Assembly: GCA_964016885.1 (NCBI GenBank)
Contig: OZ024743.1
Span: 199,950,001 to 200,014,000 of the forward strand
DNA length: 64,000 nucleotides
Direction: 5' to 3'
Source of the DNA: Eledone cirrhosa
Lineage: Eukaryota
A program made the translations under genes and the position numbers. The notes beneath the pieces are model-generated. The model made no database searches. It was not told the origin of the DNA and saw nothing but the letters and a program-made list of their open reading frames with translations. The first letter of the stretch is position 1; the number at the start of each line of letters is the position of its first letter. Below, piece after piece: positions 42,901 to 56,451 of the stretch.

Positions 42901-43485
42901 TAAAAAAATATTTTTTTATTTTACGTCCTTTATATTATTGTTCTGCATTCTCCTGCATTGAACCACCTAGGTACTATGACATAACCTGTGTATTTGCTGG
43001 CATGGGCGTGCATCTGTGCGCTTATGTTAGTTGATATATTAAATTATCTATATTTATCTCCAAATCACTGATTTGTCGAGCAAACTTGTCAAAACCACTT
43101 CTAAAAAAATTTTTTTTGGGGTGTTAGTAGGCGTCAGTCATCTTACCATCCCATTCCTTCTAACTAGCCTCTGTGTCACGTGATTGATTCTTTAGAATCG
43201 GCCATTTGACTTGAAGCAGTGAGAATTTCGGTACATAGAATTCAGTCCTCGCAAGCTGTTCGATTTACCGAATTATTATTATTTTTATATGAGCCGCCAG
43301 TGTCCGCGCATTGCCTGGAGACTTAACTGAGAATAGACTTCCTGATGACGCAATGAATTCTCGACAGTTGAATTACGTAACTGTCTTTATCCCATTGCAG
43401 AAACTAATTAGTTGGAGTGAAAATTTAAGTAAGAAAAAAATTTTTTTAAATTTTTTTAAAAAAATATTTTTTTATTTTACGTCCT

Positions 43486-43490
<5 letters not shown>
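39947..43490 (+). mobile_element. Tandem array of 557-bp HHR-bearing units (retrozyme-like), 6 full plus 1 partial
   Basis: ATGAGCCGCCAGTG recurs at 39947, 40504, 41061, 41618, 42175, 42732 and 43289. Units look identical by eye; the array ends at (TA)n. Confidence 0.9.
39995..40076 (+). ncRNA. Type I hammerhead ribozyme (also at 40552, 41109, 41666, 42223, 42780, 43337)
   Basis: ACTTC-CTGATGA-c[GCAATG...GACAGTT..AACTGTC...CATTGC]a-GAAA-CTAATTAG-TT-GGAGT. Stem I is ACTTC/GGAGT, stem III is the palindrome ACTAATTAGT; predicted cut after 40071. Supported by covariation with 53176-53257. Confidence 0.85.
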
Positions 43491-43527
<37 letters not shown>

Positions 43528-43893
43528 ATTATGAGGGTGGTAGGTGGAGCTAATTAATAATGAAAGCACAGAAAAAAAGAATGTATATATGAGTGGGCGG
43601 GAGTGGGTGTAGCTTAATAAGTTGTGGCTAGAGGGAGGAATAAGGATATCGCATACATGATGAAGGGAGAGAGCGGGAGGTGTGATATATTCTGGAGAGA
43701 TGTGAGGTAGGGAATAATGGGTATATGGAGATGAGAGGCTAGGGAATGATGGGTATATAGAGATGAGAGGGTAGAGTATAGTTAATGTATGATAGAGAGA
43801 AAGGTATATGTGATAATGGCAAACAAGGGGAGGTGGCTGAGCTAAAAACCTATACTTCTGTGTTCGTACAGATGTGTGGCATCTGTGTGTGTG

Positions 43894-43951
<58 letters not shown>

Positions 43952-43953
43952 AG

Positions 43954-44087
<134 letters not shown>

Positions 44088-44097
44088 TATATAAGTA

Positions 44098-44149
<52 letters not shown>

Positions 44150-44194
44150 CATACACATAGTTGCCACACATCTGTACGAACACAGAAGTATGCG

Positions 44195-44338
<144 letters not shown>

Positions 44339-44654
44339 CATATACATGCATATATGCATATATAGATGTGTGTGTGTGTGTACGCGTGTGTATATACAAT
44401 GGAAATAGAGAGGAAGCGATGATGACTTTTTTAGATAGATGTGAGTGGGGAGTAAATGTTTGATGCACAGAATTATATTCAACTGAATATGTCGTCTGGT
44501 TGAGGATATAACTCAGAGAACAAGCGGGAAGTGGCAGACGATAGACGAAAAGCCCCTTCATCAAGATAAGATGAAGGGATAAAAAGGGTATTATGGGAGA
44601 TAACGAAGGTTATATATGAATATGTTCATATATATATATGAGTATGTCCATAGT

Positions 44655-44700
<46 letters not shown>

Positions 44701-44709
44701 TGTATGCAA

Positions 44710-45048
44710 CTCTGATGGTATCCAATGATGTTGACTTGTTCTTCTTTTTGGTAAATATCATCTTGGTTAAGAGAGTGGGACTGGCTTTGTGCAGTGCCTT
44801 TGCTCACTATAAAAGCTTCACGGCACAGGCATTGCTTTATATCTGGAGATCTCTCTGCACTTGCCGTCACATGGTACGATGGGCCCAGCACTATGTGTCA
44901 ATAATTGTCACAAGTGTACTGTTTGTACCAGAGTTTTCAAGTCGCTGGCTGGACTAAAAAGTCACACTCGTTCAGCACATCGGTAGGGGTTCTCCTACAT
45001 GGATATAAAGTAGTGGCCGTACTCGAAAACGAGTTGGCAGCCACCATG
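44710..45048 (+). mobile_element. RTE-related retroelement remnant with C-terminal C2H2 finger and 3' tail
   Basis: 44915-44980 translates to [22 protein letters not shown]; tail shared with 17936-18532; embedded in (TATG)n. Confidence 0.6.
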
Positions 45049-45217
45049 TTTGTATGTATGTATGTATGTATATGTATGTATATGTATGTATATAGGTATG
45101 TATGTGTATGTATTATATGAATATGTATATCTATGTATGCATGTATATGTTTGTATATGTATATATATATGTATATATATATATATGTGTGTATATGCAT
45201 ATATATATATATGTATA

Positions 45218-45260
<43 letters not shown>

Positions 45261-45323
45261 ATGTATATATGTATGTATGTATATGTATATATATATGTAT
45301 ATATATGTATATATATGTATATT

Positions 45324-45372
<49 letters not shown>

Positions 45373-45389
45373 GTATATATATGTATATT

Positions 45390-45480
<91 letters not shown>

Positions 45481-45495
45481 ATATATATATACACA

Positions 45496-45620
45496 CACGA
45501 GGTACGATGAAGATGTTTTGTGACTTTTCTCAGAGAGACATTTATTTAACTCAGATCAACACAAAACTCTAGTAACCCTCAAAGTAGGATCTTCCAAATT
45601 CAATGCACTTGTAGCATCGT
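45496..45620 (-). mobile_element. Mariner transposon 3' end remnant
   Basis: Minus strand reads RCYKCIEFGRSYFEG (mariner C-terminal R..KC....G.YFE) next to a CACGAGG TIR-like end. Confidence 0.6.
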
Positions 45621-46644
45621 TATTACGTTCAATTCATGACGTCATCACCGTCAAGATGATATAACCACGTCAGCGTAGAAGACATTGTTACGACGGCATT
45701 GTCGTCGTTACGCAATTACATCATCGCCGTGAAGGCTTGTGGCTTATTGTATAGGTTGCTAGAAATAGCAGCCAAATCTTGACCTGTTAGAAGCAGCAGC
45801 CAAATCTTGAACTGCTAGAAACAGTTGCCAAATCACACACCACCGCCCTAGAAAAATACTTAAATACAGTGAGTCTGGGTACCTAACCAACGCTTGGAAC
45901 GCCCTTGTTGACAGAATGCGCGTTCGGTGAAAATGACAAAAATCGGTCAGAATCGGCAATAGTCCTAAATTAAACGAAAGGGGAAAAGGAGTCCAAGTTT
46001 GTAGACCTCCTCGTGGTGGGTCCTGCTAACTAATCACTGATCTTTGATCTCGAACAGGTGAACGACAACAACGCAAATCTAACTCATAGAAAAAAGAGGA
46101 GGAGGAGGAGGAGGAGGAGGAGAAGGAGGAGAAGGAGGAGAAAAGAAAAAGTGTACGTTATCTGATTCATCTGTATAATAATAAATTTAGATTGACAAAA
46201 AAAAAAAAAATCTTGTTTATTAAAAGATGGTATATGAAACCAAAAATGATTAATATAGAATGAATGAATTTAAGTGAAAATGGTTAAAATTCCATTTGGG
46301 CTGTAGAGTCTGACATATTTGATAAATTCCATAAATGTGTTATCTCGATGATTATTACACCAGTGAAATTCTTCAAGGTACTTAACGCAGGCTATGGTTA
46401 ACGGCGATGAATAACGAAAATGACCAGATGTGTTATTTTCCTTAATGAACGATTCCGATGATTACCAGAAAGAAGTTGTCTGCGATCTTAAAACGTTATG
46501 TGTACTGGTCACAGATCTTTTCGATCTGGTCCGACATAGGGGGCTAAATAACAACAGCAGCAGCAGCAGCAACAACTACATCCATTATATATACATTTTT
46601 CTGTGGGTATATAGCTACTAGTACTCCATTATTTATTGGTATAT

Positions 46645-46838
46645 AGGGCGGTGGATTGTCAGTATCGGTAGAGGGTCGGACGCCATGCTTTGTAGCAAAG
46701 AGTTACGGCCCTTGCCATTCTGAGTTCAAATCTGGCTGTGGTTAACTTTAGCTTTTATCCTTGCAGGATCGATAAAATAAAGTACCAGTAATGCACTGGA
46801 ATAATTGCTGGCCTTGTGCCTAAATCAGAAACCATTAT
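46645..46838 (+). mobile_element. tRNA-derived SINE, near full length
   Basis: GGCGGTGGATTGTCAGTATCGG head, GAGTTCAAATC B box and family body. Confidence 0.85.
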
Positions 46839-46924
46839 TTTTGCTGTTGTTATTGTTGTTGATACTGTTGTTGGTGTTTTTACTATCATTACTGTTCTGT
46901 TGTATCTTGAGTGACGTATTTTTT

Positions 46925-47300
46925 CAACAGCTCCAAGAAAAGTCTATCATTATCTGGAATGGCTCTTCCAGCGTATCTCCCTTACCATCCTCCGGGGAAA
47001 AGCCTTCTCCATTCTGTGGGGCGGCCAGCACGTGGGACCCCATTTGCTCTCTACACAGAGAGATGGGGGCGATGACGGTAGGAGTTCGGCTCTTCAGTGT
47101 CCGGACACATTGCACCAGTCAAGAGTGTATATTGATGTACTTATAGCTGATATTTCCCAATACGGTAGCTCAAGATCAGTTTGTTATAGACAATAAAACA
47201 ACTATCTATATATCTATCTATCTGTCTGTTTTTATTGTATGTAAACTTCCCCCTTTGTATTTGTCCCCTTCTTTTGTGCCCCTGTGGCTAATAAAGAAAT
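46925..47300 (+). pseudogene. CRE-clade retrotransposon 3' end
   Basis: LEWLFQRISLTILRGKAFSIL; 3'UTR homologous to 26995-27120; ends AATAAAGAAAT plus (TATC)n. Confidence 0.7.
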
Positions 47301-48128
47301 ATATCTATCTGTCTGTTTGACTATCAAGTTTTAGTAGATGACGTTTGATAAAATTATTTCGCAAATTCCTTAACGTGTCAATCCAAATGTCTAGTGTAGA
47401 CAAACGCTCTGTCTTTTAAATATTTTATTTTTCCAATTCTTTCTTATGTACACTCTATTCAATATCGTATCTACCTGTATCGAAGTAAGTGACACTATTA
47501 GTACCAGTGGCGCACTGGGGTAGATTTAATCGACTTTCCTCTCACCAAAAATTGCTGGCCTTGTGCCTAAATCAGAAACCATTATTCATGGAGGTGAGAT
47601 CCCTTGCATATTTCGTGAACTATTTCGACGGGTACAAAGGGAAGATAATGGTATGAAAGAGCGAAGTAAGGACTGGTAAAAGAAACTTCGACAGCAAGGC
47701 TGGCTGTCAATTATCCATGTGTTCACCCGATTCACATCTACTTGGTGATATGGCAGAGTATGGAGTTACCAGTTACTAAGAACAAAGTTGTTTATCAACA
47801 TCCCAAAGAAATAAAATGACAAAGACAAGCAGCTGCAACTGCGGCGGTAGCAACAGCAGCAGTAGCAGCAGCAACATGTGCATTTTTGCATCTGCATTAA
47901 AATCATCATCATTATTATCACCATCGCCATCACACTATCATCTCCTCCTCCTCCTCCTCATCATCATCGTCGTCGTCGTCGTCGTCGTCATCGTCACCAT
48001 CAACATCATTATCATCCTCCTCATCGTCATCATCACCATCGTCACCATCGTCATCATCAGCATCATCCTCATCATTATCATCATCATCATTATCTTCTTC
48101 ATCATAAAGACTATTGCCATCATGATCG

Positions 48129-48164
<36 letters not shown>

Positions 48165-48243
48165 ACAACAACAGCTGAAGCATCTGATGTAGCGATATCA
48201 ACTTGAGAGTCCCCAACCACAACAATAACGACAATAATAATAA

Positions 48244-49577
48244 ATGTTTCTACTTTTGGCACAAGGCCAGCAATGTGAAATGAAGGGAAAGTCAATTAAA
48301 TCGAAGTCATTGCGTTACTAATACTTTATCTTATCGATCCCTTATCGACGAAAGAAGGGCAAAGTAAATATCAGGGAAACGTAAAGAGACCTAACTATAA
48401 GAGGCACAAAGCCAGCAATTATCCCAGTGTATTACTGGTACTTTATTTTATTGACCCGTAAGGATGAAAGGCAAAGTTAACCTCAGGGGGATTTGAACTC
48501 AGATCATAAAGGGCCGTAACTCTATGCTGCAAAGCATTTCGTCTGACCCTCTACCGATACTGCCAATCCACTGATAGTAATAATGTTTTCTGCTATAGAC
48601 AAAAGGCTAACAATTTTTGGGGTGGGGAAATACGAATATATCACATGTTGTTGACGCTCTACCGAACAATAATAATAATTGTTTCTACTTTTAGCACGAG
48701 GCCAGTAATTATCCCAGTGCATTACTGGTACTTTATTTTATCGACCCCGTAAGGATGAAAGGCAAAGTTAACCTCGACAATGATTTCTGATTTAGGCACA
48801 AGACCAACAATTTTGTGGGACGGGAAAGTCGATTAAATCGACCCCAGTACATTACTAATGCTTTATTTTATCAACGTCGTAAGGATGAAAAGCAAAGCTA
48901 ACCTCGAGAAGATTTGAACTCAACGTAAAGAACCATAACCCTGTGCCGCAAAGCATGATGTCCGACGCTCTACCGATACTGCCAATCCACTAATAATAAT
49001 GGGTTCTTATATAGGCACAATGCCAGCAATTTTTGGGGAGGGGAAAGTCGATTAAATCGACCCCAGGGCGTGACTGGTACTTTACTTATCAACCCCGTAA
49101 GGATGAAATGCAAACCTAACTTCGGCGGCATTTAAGATCAGTTCATAAAGGGCCGTAACGCTATGCTGCAAAGCATTATACTAACAATAATTGTTTCTAC
49201 TTTTGGCACAAGGCCAATAATTATCCCAGTGCATTACTGGTACTTCATTTTATCGACGCTGTAAGGATGAATGGCAAAGTTAACGTCGATAAGATTTGAA
49301 CTCAGAACGTAAAAGCCCGTAACTCTATGCCACAAATCATGTTGTCCGACGCTCTACCGACATTGTCAATCCACTAATGTAAAACTAATTGTTTCTACTT
49401 TTGGCACAAGGCCAGCAATTATCCAGTACATTACTGGTACTTTATTTTATCGACCCCGTAAGGATGAAAGGCAAAGTTAACCTCGGCAGTATTTGAACTC
49501 AGACCATAAAGGGCCGTAACTCTTTGCTGCAAAGCATGGCGTCCGACCCTCTACCGATACTGCCAATCCACCGCCAC
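48244..49577 (-). mobile_element. Cluster of ~7-8 co-oriented SINE copies
   Basis: Repeated GGCACAAGGCCAGCAATT...AGGATGAAAGGCAAAG units separated by short (AAT)n. Confidence 0.88.
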
Positions 49578-49596
49578 TAATACAATAATAATAATA

Positions 49597-49634
<38 letters not shown>

Positions 49635-49913
49635 TATCCTTATCAACGTGATGACCATCATCAATTCCCTCGACACCAGCAGCACCTCTAGTACCACCAG
49701 TGCCATATCACCATTGCCGCAACCACCACCGTCTTTATCACCATAAGCAACAACAACATTAGCAGTAACAGCAGTCAAATAAGCATAGCCATTACTTAAA
49801 CTTCAACACAATATGAATAACAGTAATGACAAAAGCAGCCACAGGGTATTTATTATATTCCCCGAAAATATCATTAAATATATACTGCTGATAACGCATA
49901 ATATATATGTATG

Positions 49914-49988
<75 letters not shown>

Positions 49989-50037
49989 TATGTATATATA
50001 TATATATATATATATGTAAAGTATATATATATATATT

Positions 50038-50069
<32 letters not shown>

Positions 50070-50258
50070 TCATGAATATATGTATGTAATTTTATATGTA
50101 TATATCTATATCTATATATACATATGTATGGAGTATGAATGCATGTGAGTATGTTTGTATGTATGCATCTATATATGTACGAATATACATTACCGGTATC
50201 TATCGATATAAATAACAATATCTATGTATAAATAATATATACACACATACATACATAC

Positions 50259-50299
<41 letters not shown>

Positions 50300-50859
50300 A
50301 ATGTATACTACATACGTATATACATACTCATATACATACATCTACCACGGTATGCTTGAGTGCGTGCGTGTGTATGTATGTTTGAGTGTAAAGTGATAAG
50401 ATAAGAATTGTAATGTAATTTTAGGAACTTTTCATCAAGTCATCCATGCTTAGGTAAGGCAATATTTATTGTATTATTCTCTACATCTATCTCTATAGTC
50501 AACATTTTGTGTGTTAACTAATTTTTATATTTCAAGCGCATGTTACTCTTTTTCAAGGTTTGCAGTTTTAAGAGGTTTTTTTTTTCTCTCTCTCTCTCTC
50601 AGATTTCTGCGTTTGTATATTTTTATCTTGTCTGTAACTTTGTAAACTTTGGTGCAATCACATTAAAATTTTAGTGGGGTTTCTTATACAGAATGCATGA
50701 AAGAATAGCTTTTCCACAGATGTATACATGCACACACATATATACCACAGCCACACATGCAGGCACACGCACACACACACACACACGCATATACATATAC
50801 ATACATACATATACATATATATATATATATAATATATATATACATATATATATATATGA

Positions 50860-50996
<137 letters not shown>

Positions 50997-51017
50997 TGTA
51001 TATATATATATATATAC

Positions 51018-51081
<64 letters not shown>

Positions 51082-51644
51082 GAAGGCCGATTTTGAAGTT
51101 CAACATTGGGTAATAAAAGTGCATCCTATACAAGTAAGGATTGGGTAGTATCTAAACCAACGTGGCATGAGCAGATAATGGAAAAAACGTGGACATCCTT
51201 TTCTTATCAGCTAACTACTGGAGATCACTAAAATGTTTATATGTTAATATCATTCGTTCCAGCACAATTTATTGGAACGCACAAACAAAATTGGATGAAA
51301 AAATACTCTAAAATAGAACTGAATGTGTTTTGCCAACAACTCAACATAAAAGGTAAAAAGTGTACGTACGACCCAGGGTGGTCTAAATAAAACAAAAAGA
51401 GAATGAAACGAGGGGAGGAAATAGAGAAATAGAGGAACATAAAGGAAATTATTCGGACGTTACTTCTAAGACAAAAGATCATCACGATTTTACCACCGAG
51501 GAGACTGTCAACTACCTGAGAAAGACTGACGTGGAGACGACGTGAGGCCAAGCGTGTAGTTGTATTGGTTCATCACAGTGAGCATACTAGCTGCACAGTT
51601 TCCAGTATTACTTTGGGGTTGGACTAATCAGAATGTAATCTTAA

Positions 51645-51835
51645 TAATTGTTTCTACTTTTGGGACAAAGGCCAACAATTATTCCAGTGTATTACTGGTA
51701 CTTTATTTTATCGGCCCCGTAAGGATGAAAGGCAAAGTTAGCCTCGGCGGTATTTGAACTCAGATTATAAAGGGCCGTAACTCTATGCCTCAAAGCATGG
51801 CGCCCGACCCTCTGCCGATACTGCCAATCCACCGA
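51645..51835 (-). mobile_element. tRNA-derived SINE
   Basis: Family consensus in reverse orientation. Confidence 0.85.
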
Positions 51836-52491
51836 GTGTAATAGTCATAATAAGTATGGACGAGGTGTCAAATTTTCATTAAGTTTATTCAAGTGTGATG
51901 CGCGTCTCGTGATTGATCATCTCAAGTTACGATCTCTATCGATCGGGCCTGACTCTGGAATCAAAAGCTCAAAAATACATATATAAATTTCACTTTATAA
52001 TACATTTACTCCGTTATGCACCACCAACAGGATTCAACATCAAAGATGGATGAGTTGCATAACCTCGAGTGATTTTCTCATATTACGTCATGGCTAATAT
52101 TGCAGAATGACCAATTCTACCCAGTGGTAAACAAGCACCAAAATTAAACGTATATATATATATATTGTATATATACATTCAGGAATACACACACACACAA
52201 ACACACTATTTTCGCACGCACGCAACCATACGTTCCCACGTATCCACACCACACAAAAACATACACACGTGCGTATCCTCACATACACATACTCTTTTTA
52301 ATTTGTCCCCCCCCCCCCGCCTTTTAATGTCCCCCCCCCAACCCCCCTCACACTCTCGAAACTCTTTTCCTTCCCACTTTTCTCCTGATGAAGGGATTAT
52401 GCTCGAAACGTCACCCCCCACCACACTCGCCAGCGCGAACCTAATACTAACACTTTGTACTGCACCCTTCGTTATTGTTTTTGTTTTAACT

Positions 52492-52617
<126 letters not shown>

Positions 52618-52862
52618 CATATATATATAATATATATATATATGTATATATATATATAACACAATTTAGGTGAATAACCAAAGTGTTTATAGTTCTGGTT
52701 TGAACTATAAGATTTCTGGTTATTGGTAATTCACCTAAATTGAATGATTATGCTCTGTATATTTCCATAAGCGACTAACACATTGAGCTTAAACGTACTT
52801 GATAACGAAGAAGCGTTTTGCCCTCTTCTATTGTTCTTATATATATATATATATAGAGAGAG

Positions 52863-53310
52863 AGAGAATTAGTATATTAGATATACTAATTCTCTATATT
52901 TATCTCCAAATTATTTGTTGAGCAAAACTTGCCGAAATTTACTGCTATGGTTCATGGTAGTAGTTAGGCTCTTGTCATAATACCACCCCACTCCTCACTG
53001 ATTAACCTCAGTGTCACGTGATTGATTCTTTAGAATTTTCCACTGACCAAGTAGGCAGAGAATTTTTCAGTGCCCTGGAATCTAGTCCCCGCTAGCTTTT
53101 TTCCATCCACTGAATTATTATTTTTATATGGGTTCCTAGTGTCCGCGCATTACCTGGGAACCTAGCTGAGAATAGACTCCCTGATGACGTAAGGACTTCT
53201 CTATAGTTGCGTTGCGTAACTATATTTATTCCCTTACAGAAACTAATTAGTTGGAGTGAAAATTTTAGTAAGTAAGTTAATTTTTAAAATTTTCTTATTT
53301 TACGTCTTTC
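52863..53310 (+). mobile_element. Diverged sub-monomer relative of the 557-bp HHR unit
   Basis: Colinear blocks CTATATTTATCTCCAAA, GTGTCACGTGATTGATTCTTTAGAAT, AGTGTCCGCGCATT, the HHR and TTATTTTACGTC; short 5' inversion at 52863-52895. Confidence 0.88.
53176..53257 (+). ncRNA. Type I hammerhead ribozyme, diverged family member
   Basis: ACTCC-CTGATGA-c[GTAAGG...TATAGTT..AACTATA...CCTTAC]a-GAAA-CTAATTAG-TT-GGAGT. Confidence 0.85.
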
Positions 53311-54308
53311 ATGTGCGTGTGTGTGTGTGTGTGTTCTTCCTCCTGCTTGACGAGGCTGGGGTCATCTTAAATCAATGATCACAGAAGTATGTGACCAGAA
53401 GCCTCTACGTAGAATAGAACACAGCATCTCTCGAATAGCGTGCGAGTGCGTTAACTATTATGCCAAGAGGTATGTATGGTCCCGTAACTCTTGATAGAGT
53501 CGTAAGGGCGCCGTATGGACATACGGCGTTTCTGGAGCATTTTAAGTCTGGCGGAGCCCATCCCTCTCCAGGCAGATTTCTTCCAGAGAAAGATAGAGTG
53601 TGAGAGAGAGGAAATGGGAAAGAGACATAGAGGAAGAATCCACCCCAGTACTAGACTGGTACTTTTTTATCGACCTGGAAAGGGTGAAAGGCAAAGTTGA
53701 CCTCAGAGAGCAGAAAGCCGCAACGAATACCATAAAGCATTCTATCCGACGTTCTAACGACTCTGCCAATTCGCCTAAACTAGGAGGTACCTGATTGCTA
53801 AATAAAGGCGGTATACTAAAGAGCTTGTGGTTAGACCCGGAAGTAAATCAATCAATGAATTTTTGAAGGGCTCTGATGATTTGAAATTTGAAAACGTTAG
53901 ATTCCCAAACTCAGAAAATAACTGTAATAAAAATCGATTGCTATAAATAATAGTTTAGAAAATATGGTAAATATAACCCTATAGAATCTATAGATGGAAA
54001 TAATATGCGCTTAGAATATCAAGAAAAATACCAGTGTGGACGGTAAAAAGGGCCTGCAGCTACGGAAAATCAAATGCCTGGTTTCTCACACAATGTGCAA
54101 GTGTTTGAAAGATAAGGAGTTCACTTCTACGTAGTGTTTGCTGCCCACATTTTTCCTTCTACAGTGGTGCCTTCTACAGTCTCGATATGTTAAGCTTATA
54201 TATTTTGGGATCGCTTGTTATTACAGCTATTTTCTGATCTTGGGTTTCGCACATTTTCGAATATACATGGACACACGCACACACACACACACATATATAT
54301 ATATGCAT

Positions 54309-54401
<93 letters not shown>

Positions 54402-54886
54402 GAGTGTGTGTGAGAGAGAAAAAGTGAGGATAAAGCTGATTACGACTTTGAAGTATGTCATAATTTATTTTACTTGAAATCATTATATTTCCCACTGTGA
54501 GGCTTTGTGCTTTCTTTTTCCAATGTTATTTAACCTTGTAAATAAATGTCCGCACGTCAATATATACCCGTATATATATGAATACGTACATACATGACGT
54601 ATATATATATACACATATATATATAGATACACGCACACACACACACATACACACACACACACACATATATATATGTATATATATATACACATTCATTCAC
54701 CGTTAATATTGTTGTAAAGGAACCCAAAAAATGATACATTAAATTTTGTGTGCGGTGCATATATGTGCACCTATGTATGTGATGTATGTGCACATATCTA
54801 TTTTCCTTTTTTCACGTATTTATGGTCTATCTGTGTGTTCGTGTATATACTATATGTGTACATGTCTATATGCTGCGTTTGTGCAC

Positions 54887-55067
<181 letters not shown>

Positions 55068-55122
55068 CAGATATATATATATATATATATATACATATAA
55101 ATATATATATATATATATATAC

Positions 55123-55175
<53 letters not shown>

Positions 55176-55672
55176 TTGCGTATATATATATATATACACA
55201 CCCTGTGTTTGAAAACAAATGTGTGTGTGTGTGTGCTGGAGGTTGCCTATGTATGCATGTATATGTGTACTAGTGTTCCTCTCTCTGTATACATATGTAT
55301 GCTCATGTGTATGTATATGTCGTTTGTTCATTTTTACTATATTGTTTCAAATATTGCTTTTCTATTGGCTATTGTTAAGTGTGTGCTGATTCCCATACAA
55401 TACCATTAATGGGGATAGGGAAATGTTTAATGCATTTATCATGTGTGTTTGTGATTTAATTGTGTGTTGAGTTTTGGGTTGCATTCGGATATATAGATGG
55501 GCATTGTTGTGTGTGAAAGATACTTTAATGGTGGTGCAGTAGTTTTAATTTTGGGGGCCATTTTCTTTTTATTTTGTTTTTCACGTTTTTCTTTGTTGGA
55601 CTTACTTTTTTATTATGTTTATATAAAACACTGCTTTATATTTTTATTTTCATTATCATTGTTCCATTATCA

Positions 55673-55740
<68 letters not shown>

Positions 55741-55867
55741 TTTTGTATAAATAAAAAAAACATTGCAATGTCTCCTTCCTACACACACAAAGGTAGGAAA
55801 CAGGTAAAACCTTGTTGTTAACCTAACACTTTTTTATTCTGCAGCGTTCACATTTATCTAAAAGGCA

Positions 55868-55958
<91 letters not shown>

Positions 55959-55976
55959 TGTATGTATGTATGTATA

Positions 55977-56047
<71 letters not shown>

Positions 56048-56063
56048 ATCTGTATGTATATGC

Positions 56064-56096
<33 letters not shown>

Positions 56097-56322
56097 AATG
56101 TATATGCATATATATATATATATATACATACATGTATATACATAAAAAACCATATTTATATATGCATATATATATATATATACGCACACATTTATATACA
56201 TATATATATATATACACATTTATGTATGTATGTGTGTATATATATATATACACATGTGTGCGTAAGTGAGTGTGTGTGTATTCTTGTGAGTGAGTGTGTG
56301 TTGGTGTGAGGTTTTGTGTGTG

Positions 56323-56451
<129 letters not shown>

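Noticed and set aside
39947-43490. Array as CRISPR, rDNA/5S or plain satellite
   Set aside because: No unique spacers and no rRNA similarity recognised; the HHR, inverted leader and dispersed relative point to a retro-mobilised unit.
43311-43553. 80-aa ORF overlapping the HHR
   Set aside because: TTG start, no recognisable motif, and it runs into (TA)n; substitutions in the relative follow RNA pairing.
47878-48295. His-rich or Asp-rich ORFs
   Set aside because: (CAT/GAT)n microsatellite adjoining SINE tails.
53866-53910. CTGATGA-TTTGAAATTT-GAAAACGTTA hammerhead-like words
   Set aside because: Stems I and II do not pair adequately.
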